A stretch of 64,000 nucleotides of DNA. Origin: Lepidodermella squamata (taxonomy: Eukaryota; Animalia; Gastrotricha). The stretch is taken from NCBI GenBank assembly GCA_047495785.1, contig JBLDXI010000017.1:1612001-1676000 (forward strand), given 5' to 3'. Positions 35,755-46,758 of the stretch are shown piece after piece. The notes below the pieces were generated by a model that searched no databases, had not been told where the DNA came from, and saw nothing but the letters and a program-made list of their open reading frames with translations. Position numbers and translations under genes: made by a program. The number at the start of each line of letters is the position of its first letter. Position 1 is the stretch's first letter.

Positions 35755-38577
35755 ATGGCGAATAGCGTCGAACTAACCATTATCGACGACCACCCTTCGA
35801 CATCTGCCCGTCGACACCCTTCGTCAAATTCAGTGCATACTGCTTTCTCTATTGCGGAGAATGACACCTTCACAAGTCACCATAGAACTAGCGGTGAAAA
35901 ATCTGTCTCATCTAGGTCATCCGATGATATAACTGTCGTTCTGCCCGATGTCGTCCGTCCTTCCATGCCTCCTGATGTAATATCTTCATTAAGACATCGT
36001 AGAGCAGCTGTCACAGAGCTGGATGATAGTCGCATCGAGCAAGGTGGCGCCTTCATAGAAGATGCAATATACGATCGCTTAACGTATCACAAGTGCGATA
36101 AAGAGTTTTTGAAAGTGTACAGATTTCACGGCGGATGGCCCTGTCAAGCAGCAATCGGAGTTGTCATATTCACCATTCTTATTTTGATATTCTTCGAAGA
36201 ACCATCCTCTTTATCATGGACATCAGATCTTAGGTCAAATCGTCATCAGACCATAGTAGTGCCGTATCCTATCCTCGCTGTGATAGAAGGCATTTGCTTA
36301 TTATTACTAGCCCTAGATTGCACCGTGAAAATTTATGGCTTTGGTATTCAGAACATGCGGTCTTACCGTTGGAATTTGCTGTACGCGTTGGCTTTGGCCT
36401 TGTCATTTGCCGAATGGGTTATTGTGATGTGTTATTACGATCAGTCTTGCGGAGTTTGGTGTAAATTCCGGTGCTACTTACGACCAATATTTTTACTACA
36501 ACACTCATCTTTTATGAAGAAGGCTTTTCATTGCTTGGTGAAGGCTGTTCCGTCTATTTTCAGTGTTTACTTGTTGTTCTTGGTTCTCATCACTCTATTT
36601 AGCTTGATAGGACTAGTCGTATTTCCTTATGATAAAGGTCCAGCTCAAGCTGGCCGTCCTGGGCAATATCGACTCCACTTCGGCGGCAATTCAGTCGAAT
36701 CAATTATGAATATGCTAACATTTTTAACCACCTCAAATAGCCCTGATATTATGCTAAGAGCTTACAGTGATAACCGGTTTTATGCGATTTTTTTCATGAT
36801 TTACGGGGCCATCGGTCTACATACTCTTCTTCCTATACTCTTCGCTGTGATTTTTCAAAAATTTCGCGATCATTTTCGAGAAAGCATGCGTCATTCGATT
36901 TTACGTCGGAAAGCAGCGCTGGTCGCTGCATTCGAAGTGCTTTCTGATCACGATGAGATTTCACTTGAACGTTTTATTCCTGTTAAACGGTTTGAAGCTG
37001 TGTTGAAATCTTTATCTGTGAAATCAGAATTCATGGAAGAGTTGACGAATCGCTCTAAAAGTGTTATCGAAGATGGCACCGGAATAACATGGCCAGTATT
37101 TTTCAATGATATTTTCTTGAATGTTACTATCCAACGGAAAAAGCGTCGTGAAAAATTTGCCGATCGTTCGGTGCGCGAATTCGACCCATTACGTGCCCAT
37201 CGGCAAGCCATGTCTGATGCGAAAGTTGATATTTCAGCACAATCTCTTGATTCTAGTCCTCGAACTTGCTGGCAAAAATTGCGACCTTATTTAAAATTCG
37301 CTTTCGCACACCCGATGTTTATTCACTTCGGCAGTCTAGTTACCTTGGTCAATGTATTATTAATACTCGGTCAGCCTAATCCTGATATTCATACAGAATT
37401 TATTGAGATTGAAACACTTTTCTTTGTTGTTTTTGCGGCATGTGAACAAAGCGCTATTGCCTGGGCAATAGGTTGGGATACTTATAAGAAACACCCATTG
37501 CACCGCCTTGATCTAATAACCACTATTCCTTCTTGTATTGCGATGATTATTTTCATTGTGATTTTCCACACTCTTCACGGTATACCTTCCGCTGACGAAA
37601 TTTCAGCCCTCTTAGCTCTGGGTGGTTTCATTCATATAATGCTCGGTTTTCGATTGCTGCGTGTGATCTTGTCGATGAAACTCCCGAATTTGATTTTTAA
37701 AACCATGGCTGACTTGCTTGTAAACATGACCCCCTTCGTCGGCGTTCTCGCTTGTCTTTACTACATGTATGCAGTTTTGGGCATGATGATTTTCTCGAAA
37801 ACGATTACTTATAGTCCTGAAATGGATGGCTGTTGGCGCTGGGAGGGCAATGATTCGAGCATTGCTGATTCTCCGAAAGCCGGCACTCAGTGCCCTTATG
37901 GCGGAGGCTATCACCAGCGCGATTACTGGACCGAAAACTTTGACGATTTTGCGTCCTCCTTAATTGTGTTGTGGCATCTGATGGTCGTCAATAATTGGGA
38001 TATTTTATCGAAAGCTTTTACTCTGCCGACAAATCCTTGGTCTCAACTGTATTTTGTTATTTGGTACATACTCAGTTTTTCGATTACTATGTCTTTGATA
38101 ACTGCGGTAATTGTCGAAAACTTTCTAATGAGATGGTCGATTTTCACTAAATATGAAAAAACTCGCAAGTTTCAACGCTTAGCCGAGAAAATTATGACGG
38201 AAAGGCACGTTGCGCAAGACGTTGTTGATGAACTAACTGGAGTTTCGACTACTCAACCTCCTAAGCCCATTACCAGGTGGAAAAAGTGGAAGCGATTGCG
38301 GAAAGAGCGATCGCGTATCGGGCTTCACGGTGTTAGTACAACGGCAGAATCAGTTAATAGCCCGTCAATGGTGCGGCCAACTCAATCCCAGCCGCTAAGT
38401 TTGATGCAAGTATTAGACGTTAAAATACCGGGAATGGAAGAAATTCGTCAACACTTGGCCCTTAGCCCATACTCACCAACTGCCTTCGCTCACAATGTGC
38501 ACACATTTGGTTCCACTTACGATTTGAGACAATCGCAAAATTACGAACAACCAGCAGATGACGATGACGAGGCTTGA
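35755..38577 (+). CDS. TPCN2: Two-pore channel 2 homolog (intronless)
   Basis: Two 6-TM repeats, filters TTSNSPD and VVNNW, TPC2-like 'EEPSSLSWTSDLR' and 'YWTENFDDFASSLIVLW'. Confidence 0.9.
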   Translation: MANSVELTIIDDHPSTSARRHPSSNSVHTAFSIAENDTFTSHHRTSGEKSVSSRSSDDITVVLPDVVRPSMPPDVISSLRHRRAAVTELDDSRIEQGGAFIEDAIYDRLTYHKCDKEFLKVYRFHGGWPCQAAIGVVIFTILILIFFEEPSSLSWTSDLRSNRHQTIVVPYPILAVIEGICLLLLALDCTVKIYGFGIQNMRSYRWNLLYALALALSFAEWVIVMCYYDQSCGVWCKFRCYLRPIFLLQHSSFMKKAFHCLVKAVPSIFSVYLLFLVLITLFSLIGLVVFPYDKGPAQAGRPGQYRLHFGGNSVESIMNMLTFLTTSNSPDIMLRAYSDNRFYAIFFMIYGAIGLHTLLPILFAVIFQKFRDHFRESMRHSILRRKAALVAAFEVLSDHDEISLERFIPVKRFEAVLKSLSVKSEFMEELTNRSKSVIEDGTGITWPVFFNDIFLNVTIQRKKRREKFADRSVREFDPLRAHRQAMSDAKVDISAQSLDSSPRTCWQKLRPYLKFAFAHPMFIHFGSLVTLVNVLLILGQPNPDIHTEFIEIETLFFVVFAACEQSAIAWAIGWDTYKKHPLHRLDLITTIPSCIAMIIFIVIFHTLHGIPSADEISALLALGGFIHIMLGFRLLRVILSMKLPNLIFKTMADLLVNMTPFVGVLACLYYMYAVLGMMIFSKTITYSPEMDGCWRWEGNDSSIADSPKAGTQCPYGGGYHQRDYWTENFDDFASSLIVLWHLMVVNNWDILSKAFTLPTNPWSQLYFVIWYILSFSITMSLITAVIVENFLMRWSIFTKYEKTRKFQRLAEKIMTERHVAQDVVDELTGVSTTQPPKPITRWKKWKRLRKERSRIGLHGVSTTAESVNSPSMVRPTQSQPLSLMQVLDVKIPGMEEIRQHLALSPYSPTAFAHNVHTFGSTYDLRQSQNYEQPADDDDEA

Positions 38578-38708
38578 AAGTATTGCGTGTCAAACTCGCA
38601 TTTTATCGGGAAGCTTGCGCCATCTTTTGATTTATTATTGATTATTTTTCTACGAATAATTTATTAATTTAGATTTTTTTGTGAATTTAAATAAATCCGT
38701 CTGGTCGC

Positions 38709-41464
38709 ATGTTTCCGCCAGCGGCCGGCGGCCAATTTCCGCCGCGGGGCTACCCGCCACCGCCTTTCAACTCAAATCTTCCTCCGCCGGGCTTCGCGCC
38801 GCCGAACGCCGGGCCGCCTGCCAATCTACCTCCACGTTTGCAGCTGCAAATGCTGCTTCAGATTCCACTGACTCAACAGCAACAGCAGCAACAACGACCA
38901 CCTCAGCAGGGTTTCCCAAACCTGCCTCCTCTACTTGACCGACAGCCGTTTAACCCGCCCTATCAGCAACAACCCCCTCCCCAGTTTTCGGGTTTCAACC
39001 AATCGCAGGGCTACGGCTTTCAAAGTTTGCTGTCAGGCGGCGGGAATTCGTCAATTCCTGGCCTGGGTGATACGCAAGATCTCGAGAGACTGCGCGCCCT
39101 AGAAACCGCCTTAAAAGAAGCAAGTCGAGGCACGTGGCAACCACCGGGTGTCGCCCCGCCTCCTATGATGCCTCAGCAGTCGGCGATGCAGCAGCAGTCC
39201 GACGCTAGGGAGGCGATGGTAGCTCGCCAGGCGGAAGCTTTTATCCGCGAATTGCAGACTCGGGGTCAGATGTTTGACTACAAACATCGGATGGAGGATA
39301 ACGCGCGACGACGGCGTCGTTCTTCCTCGTCCAGCTCGAGTGGTAGCGAGGACGGTTTCGGCCGGAAAAAGCGGCGTGATGGCGGGGGGAGTGATCTGGA
39401 GGAAGGTGAAGTCGAGGAAGAAGCGCCTGATACCCGCTTTATGCATCACCATCACCAAGGCAACAACAACCTACCCCCGCCACTTTTCGGGTCTAGCTCT
39501 GGCCAGCCTCAGCAGCAGCAATATATAGCTCCGTTATTCGACGAGGCAGAAATGGCTAGAAACCGAGAGAGGGAGCGTGAAAGAGAGCGGGATCGAAATC
39601 GGAATCGGAGGAATAAAAATTATCGCGACCTCGACGCCCAGGAGGGGGTGGACGGGTCTAGCCAGGCTGGTTCGTCCGGGGCCGGGGCGAGTACCGGTGA
39701 GAAAATTGGTGCTAAAAACTCGTTTGACAGCTTATTCTCGGCATATCTGAGCCACAAAGCCAAGACTAATAAGGACGATGGGCCGGCCCAGGCGCAATCG
39801 CCCCCACCCCAGCCTCCTAGTTTCTTCCAGCCACAGCCGACCGCTCCAGTCGAAAATTTGCTGAAAAATTTGGGGCCATCTATTCAACAAGCATTGAATG
39901 CTGTTGGAATTCAGGTATTATATTTCTTAAAGGCTTGAATCGAATTTTTTTTATGGTGGATCGCACAGTGGTTAATCTCATTAGGAACGCTATTTTCCGT
40001 CGCACCGAATTTTCTCATAAAAACTGGAAAAATTTGGGGGGAATTTTTGCTCAATTTCCTGTGCAAGCTCTATTTTTCGCCTATAGCCCTAACATGTCTA
40101 TAAAAATGAGAATTATGGTTTATATCCTTCTCGATATGATGTAAAACCTTGATGAAAATTTATTCCACCTTAATCTGAAATTTGATAATTTTAGGGGAAA
40201 TAAATGTTAGATTTTCGCTGTTTTTCCCGAAATGAAAAATCACAAACGCGAGCTTTGATAATATTTTTTCCAGGTGCCGATCTCTCTCGGCCAGCAAGCT
40301 CAAATGCCACAACAAAGTGTCCCGCTCAGCACCGCCCCATCGCTTTCTTACGCCCTGTCAGCCTTCGACCGCGATATCGCTCAATTAGGTAGTACGGTGC
40401 CACAAGTGCCACAAGTTGAAGAAGCGCCGCGGCCCCTCGGCGCCGGTCTACCGTCTAATGTTAGGGTAGAAGTGGCTGCTGAGTCGTCCGAGTGGGCGGC
40501 GGCGGCCGAGGAGATAACCTCGCAGCTGGACAAGCCCGGTGACCAAATATTTGCGAATTCGCACTTGCCGCGCGAAATCTATCGCAACCACGACAACAGG
40601 GCGACGGTAGCAGCTGTTCAGAAGATGATCCCACTCATCCCGATGATTGAGCGCGAAAACGTGGCGCAACGCGCGGCGGAGGGGCCCGACTTTGACGCGA
40701 CGCCCATGCTATTGCCGGTGAAAATCGTCGAAGAAAACGTCTTCCCACCTCTCAAAGAGTCGAAAAAGGATCAGAGGCGACGGCAGAATGCGGCGCAGCA
40801 TCGAGACCAATCAGCTGCGCCGGGTTGGTCGCGGTTCGAGCTGTTTGACAAGATCAAACAGGCCCGAGAAAGGGTGAATCACCTTAAAATCGAACAGGCG
40901 ATGGTTGAGGAGCGGCTCGGAGTTATGGGTGAAGAACTACTGAAACTTCACCGGTATTTCGATACGAATTACGGGGTTAAACTGGTTCGAGCGTCGGATT
41001 TAGAAGATCCGCCTGAATTAACTGCTCTAAGGAAGCGGCGGTTGGAAGACGCGAAACGGCGCCAGGAAAGGGCGGCTCTTATCGCTGATGAAGATTCGAA
41101 ATCAAGCGCAATTGTCGCTTTCGGTCCTGAGCCAAATAACGCGGAAGAGCCGGACGAAAACGGGCCTCAAGACGGCGACGGGTTTGACGTAGTTGAAACC
41201 GATGATGGGGCGATCAAACAGGAAGAAGGTTTGGTCGATGCGACTGTTCGTTTGCTCAAGGATAAACGCGAAATGAATCGGCGGGTTCGGGAGAATAAAC
41301 GAGCCCGCAGGTCAGGGGCTCAAAAACCGCGGCCTAACATGCACAACCGCATCGATGTGCCGAATAATGGCGGCGGCGGTGGTGCTTCTAACCAACGAGG
41401 TGGTCATCGAAAGGGCGGCGGAGGCCCTCCCCGCGGGAATTCAACCCGTGGTCGTCGTAACTAG
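38709..41464 (+). CDS. Unrecognised low-complexity (Pro/Gln, RS/RE, Gly/Arg) probable nuclear protein with a coiled coil; intron 39915-40273
   Basis: Two long GC-rich ORFs joined by a phase-0 GT-AG intron. Basic NLS-like clusters. No recognisable folded domain. Confidence 0.75.
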
Positions 41465-41883
41465 CTGTTGAAATTGAAAAAATGATTATAAAAAAATGTT
41501 ATATTGCACATCTATGTTCCTGAATTCAAATTTTGTCTCTGTTTTTACTGCAATACTGTGCGCTGATGACGAAAAAGAAAGCGATCGTTTCGGAGTTGTT
41601 ATTTTAGTCACTATATAACGCCAATATACCTGTAAAACCACCGTTGAAAGTGAAAAAAACCCAGTCCTGAGTTGTAACGGAATTCTCGGTGATCCGCTAT
41701 AAGAGGAATATGTGAGAAATATTAAAGTGAAAGAAGATTGCTATAACAAGCCATAATATTGATATTGTCGTAACATTCGATTCGATGAAGCTGAATAATA
41801 AAAAACACTTGTACAATTTTTAAACTAATCCATTTCCCATATTTTTTTTTAGCTTTTTTATACATTATGTGACTCTGAAATCC

Positions 41884-43722
41884 ATGGCTTCTAATTCTCC
41901 CACCTCGGCGACGTCCGTGCTACAGCTTTCTGGGCTTTCAACCAAAGACAAGCGGACTGTCATTCTAGTTGCGGCTGGTGGGGCAGCCTGGATTGGCTGT
42001 TGTGTGGCGGCTTATGTGACATGGCGGCGTTACAACAGGAGACGTGACTCATTTTCGAATGGAACATCCGCTTTTGGCGCTGTAAAATCGCAAAAATCAC
42101 AATTTGTGATCAACGAACTAAGAAAAGTCAATGAAGAGGTAATTTAATAACAAAAACCCATCTTAATTTGAAAAATGGCCTAAAAAACATTGAATCATGG
42201 TCCAATTTTGAGCGGGTTAATCCATGCGCTGTAGACCTAGAAAAATTGTTGTTGCGGTTATTCTAATTTTTATAGTACCCATTCAGCGAATTTTGGTCCT
42301 AATTATAACTGAGCCAAAATTTTCCAGAATGGAACCATTCGCCCTAAACTTTTCTTTTATGAATTTTCTGGAGTTTCACTATTGAAAACTAAAAAGAAAT
42401 TCAAAACACGTGTTGAAAAATGCGAAAATTGGAAATTTTTCTTTCTTCTGGAAAATGTTTAGTTGTCCATACTGCATTTTGATTACATGAGGCTGCATTG
42501 CTAATAATTCAATTTTCTTAAAAGCGATTTGTATTGATTTTTTCCGACGTAATTTTCTAGATGGCTGCGCTGAGGCAAGACGTAAACGGGGTCAAAATTT
42601 TGGTTAAACAATTGCGTCGTGATATAGCTGAATTGCGGTGTCTCGAGCGAAACGGCGTTATGAGCTTTAGCGCTGGTAGTTTCCTACAACAGCCGAACAA
42701 CACCGGCGACTTTCAACCCGTTGAATCGAGCAACTTCATCGAGCTCGACGGCTACAACGAAGACGACGAAAGCGAACTCGAATTTCGGTCGGCGAAAAGC
42801 GAAAATTTCGACATTGCCTCTCGCTGCAAGTAAGTTTGAGAGTTGGTGATTTTTTACTGATTTTTATCGAATTTTTTTCAGGTCGCCCGTGAGATTTGCG
42901 CCTATTAACCGTCAATACACCTCGCCCACTGCTTCTGAGTACCACTCAGCTCGAGATTTGGCCTCGCCTCTTTCAATATCAGCTAGCGACTCAGATTTCA
43001 GACGTCTTCGGGCGAAACGAACCTCGTCCGCTGAAACCATTACCTCTGAAATGCTGTCCGATATCGACGCTGTGCTAGATTTAACCGATAATTTGCAGAA
43101 ACGTGACACTTTACGCCGACTTGAAGAGCTGCATTCTCGGCATAGGAATAACCCAGAGATCAGTTGGCGACTTGGCCGGGCGTTATACTACGAATCGGAA
43201 TTAATTCGGCCTGATACGTCGAAAGCTTCTCAACGGCAGGAAATGGCGTACCGTGCGAAAAGTCTGTGTTTTGATGCGATGGAGCGAATGAACGACCCGT
43301 CAGCCGCTGTCTACAAATGGGCGGCACTTACCCTGGGCAACTTGCAAGAATACGAGTCTATATCGAATAAAATCAAACAAGGCTATGAATTTCGAAGTTT
43401 GATCGAAAAGGCGATCGAACTCGATCCGAATGACGCGTTATCGCACTACTTGCTCGGCCGTTGGTTTTTCGGATGCTATCAATTGACGTGGTACGAGCGT
43501 AAAATTGCGTCGACGCTGTTCGCAACTCCACCCTCGGCAACCGTCGACGAAGCTCTTGCCGAATTTTTGAAGTGTGACCAGTTGCTGACGAGTGCTGGCT
43601 TGCCGCAGTGGAAAGAAAACTGCTTGTACATCGCCAAATGTTACATTGAAAAGCGCGATACAACTGGCGAGACGCAGCGGTGGCTCAAATGCGGCCAATA
43701 CTTGCCTGACATCGATGAAGAA
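41884..43722 (+). CDS. Regulator of microtubule dynamics (RMDN/FAM82, RMDN2/3-type); exons 41884-42138, 42561-42829, 42882-43722; last exon uncertain
   Basis: N-terminal TM, coiled coil, FFAT-like motifs (EFRSAKSE, EYHSARD), TPR region with 'YLLGRW..LTWYERKIASTLFATPPSATVDEAL..FLK'. Confidence 0.88.
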
Positions 43723-44118
43723 GTTCGTAAAAAATAATCCTAATATGAATTTTTGGCAATAATGAAATTTTCAAGAATTTTTCTAAAATTGATATTGTTA
43801 AATCTAGTGATTAAATTATTCATCAAAATCCACCTTAAAATATAAGAAATCTATTTATAAATTCTGGAATAATTTTGCGCTTTGCAGTGATTATTGCGCT
43901 GAAATGTGAAAAGACGTTAATCTTTAAGGTGACTAATATTTCAGAATTTTAAGTTCATTTTTTCCGAAATCACCTAATATCGTAATTTTATTTTATTTTG
44001 TGATCTCTTACTCCTTCGAATTGAAGTTTATTTGTCGTCCCCCGTTCCATGGTTGCGGAACTCGTTGTCGTTTTGCTAATGTGTCTGCTTTGTATTCCAA
44101 TAGGCCCGGCTGGCTGGT

Positions 44119-44523
44119 CTAGAAATCGAGAAATTGCTTGCCCAGTACGGTTGACGGGTGGTGTTGTGTTACCTCAATCGATGCATGCAACCGCCCTCCT
44201 GCCTTACTACTTCCCCGCTTTGATTTCCAGCTGGCACGACCGCGTCGAAATGTCTTCTCGGGATTGTTGCACTTGTGATGATTAATAGCGACGATTTCAG
44301 CTTTTCTTCTTCTTCTGCACAGCTGCCTGGTTCTTTCAAATTCTTAAAAATAGAGAAAGAAAAATTTATTTTACGACAATTGTTGTTGTATCGAATCTAC
44401 CATACATATTTACTCGGTCGCTGTTGGGCTTGAATAAAATGTGAGCTTTTGGTATTTTTCGCTGGCTTTGAACCTGATTATAATCTCTAGCGGACTGTAA
44501 TTATGGGAGATCAAAAAAATCAT
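44119..44523 (-). CDS. Possible small basic two-exon orphan gene (intron about 44400-44343)
   Basis: ATG at 44523 opens a frame that splices in phase 1 into EFERTRQLCRRRRK...LDF*. No homology recognised. Confidence 0.25.
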
Positions 44524-44840
44524 CGAAACTTTTGATATTCAAATGTTATTTTTCAAGAGACTAGATTGAGAGAAATGTTGTGTCCGCTTGATAGACAGAT
44601 TTTTGTGTGATTGTGGCATTCTCACAGGAAGATGAATACAGAAAAAAAATGAACGATAATTTCTAGCTGATCTTGTAATACTAAAATACTACCTGCGAAA
44701 TACACGATGCAAAGCTATAAAGATTTTGATAAAATATCAAATAATGATTGTTGTTGTTGAATTTGCTACTAAGAAGAACGCTGTAAATGCGATTTATTCT
44801 GTATATTGGACTGTTGAATTTATTGGAATAAAACGAATTG

Positions 44841-45426
44841 TCATGGCTTGATCGGTTCGACCTCCAGTATCATCTGTTCACTTTCGCTGGGTGGTTTTGT
44901 TTTCAGCTTGGCTCGTTCAAACTGCCGACGTGCCATATTTCTGGAGAATATAAATTTTTAAAAGCCGATATATACGGGCGAATATTTACTTGGCTGTATC
45001 AGGGTCAAGTCGAAGCGCCCATTTTCGTAAGGGGAAAACATTTTTAGGTGCCATAGCAATGCGGCCTTTCGGGTTCCCGATTTGCGGCTTGGAGATGTCC
45101 TGAAGAAATGTACTGTGCAGTAAAACTCCGCAAGTTACACGGTTTTGGCGACGTTGCCGCTCGAAAGTGTCCATGCTATCCTCGGACAAATGACGTTGTC
45201 GCATAATTCGATCTTCGCGCAACTCGGTTTGCAGGCCTTTCTTCGTCAACGAAAGCGCCTCAAGCGAGCGCTTTAGTTCAAGGTCAATCAGCGCTTGTCG
45301 ACGTGCATTTTGAAATGCCAATATCTTACACAAGTTATCCGCAATGCGCTGGCGAGGAAACCACTTCGAAGCCCGCCAGCGATGTCGGTTCCATTTCGCA
45401 TTAAAACGTTTTAAATCTTCAAACAT
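44841..45426 (-). CDS. Small basic coiled-coil orphan protein, two exons (intron about 44989-44941)
   Basis: 146-aa ORF plus an in-frame second exon NMARRQFERAKL...EPIKP*. Confidence 0.55.
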
Positions 45427-45482
45427 TTTTTTTCAAAAAAATTCAAAATCAACAATATTTTTTTCCGGCAAATAAGTACGAC

Positions 45483-45496
45483 GTAGCCGTAGCAAC
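45483..45496. promoter_or_regulatory. RFX X-box-like motif GTAGCCGTAGCAAC
   Basis: Fits GTNRCC-N2-RGYAAC and lies 57 nt upstream of the ATG at 45426. Confidence 0.5.
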
Positions 45497-46758
45497 GCGG
45501 GTTATATTGCGTGACCTGTTTGAAATTATTGATTTTTTCATGTCATAATTAAATAGTTAATGGTGTCCGAATACGTTTATTTCTTTGGCACGCGAGGCAG
45601 TTGCACCAAAAAATTAAGGTAAACTGCGAGACGTAAATTTTTATAGAAACGGGTAGGCCACATTGTTGCCTTAACAACTTGAACGAGGCCGCCGTACCCT
45701 TGTTTGTATCACATCAGAATGTTGTATCGCCTCGGTAAATATTTTTCAGCGTGGCTCACGCGCAGAGCTCACCTGAAAAAAACCTGTGCGATAACGCGCC
45801 AAAAATACGCTCATCTTCAGGTCAGTCATATGCGTTTGCTCATGCGCGAAGCGTAAAAAGTGTTATATTATTAAATGGGTATATAATTCATAATATGTAG
45901 CCTGCGTGTTGATGTGTGTATTAAAAAATAACGAAACAATTAAATGGCGCGGCAAAGCTGGGTGCTAGAAAGTTATCAAAACATATGCCCGCGTGTGTGA
46001 ATAAGCTTTGACTGGCGTGATGTGTTGCTGGCCGCGCTGACGGCAATACCAACTAAACACGACAATTTCGCCACTGGATAGCCCTACATGTCTTTTACGC
46101 GCACCTTTAGCTTTACACCGTATCAACATATCACTTCTTTTTAAATTTAGATTTCGTCAATATCATTAAAACAGGAGTTTTTTTACTGCTTTATCATGTT
46201 TCTGATTCTTCACCTGAGTGAATGAGTGTGTGCCATTGTTTTACAACTTCATATAAAAAAATTAAGCAGGTGAAAAATAGACCTGTCTTACTCTTGAGCC
46301 CATTTAATCCTTGGATTTTTTATGATTCCGGATTAACAACCCTTACCCATATATATTTAGCGAATATTCAAATTTAGTGCATAGTTTTAGAAATTATTTG
46401 AAATGACTTGGAACTTTCTTCTAATGAGGTTTTATTGCTATCTTCGTGTTTGCGTGTTTGAAGTCATTAAGTCGACTGGCCTTTTTGATGATACCGCATA
46501 TCTACCTGGTTGCTCACTGTCATCTACTCACCATCTACTTATTTTTTTTTTACGACTTCTCATTTCAAACTTAGTGACTTTTTAAGCCGCTTAACACGTC
46601 ACGCGCACTTCAACTCCAGTTTCAAGTTTCTCCCACACCACAAACGCGCATCATATTATAGGCACCATATTTAATCCGAAAAAATTATCAAAATTTTGCT
46701 TCCAACAAACAATAGTGAGATTTTGAAATGGCAAGGCCGGCTTGATTCGTTATCGATC

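Noticed and set aside
39960-39980. CACAGTGG resembling a Transib/RSS end in the orphan-gene intron
   Set aside because: No matching inverted end was found.
43723-44666. RMDN terminal exon at 44628-44666 (EDEYRKKMNDNF*)
   Set aside because: Several closer acceptors and simple read-through to 43737 are equally possible, so it is left unresolved.
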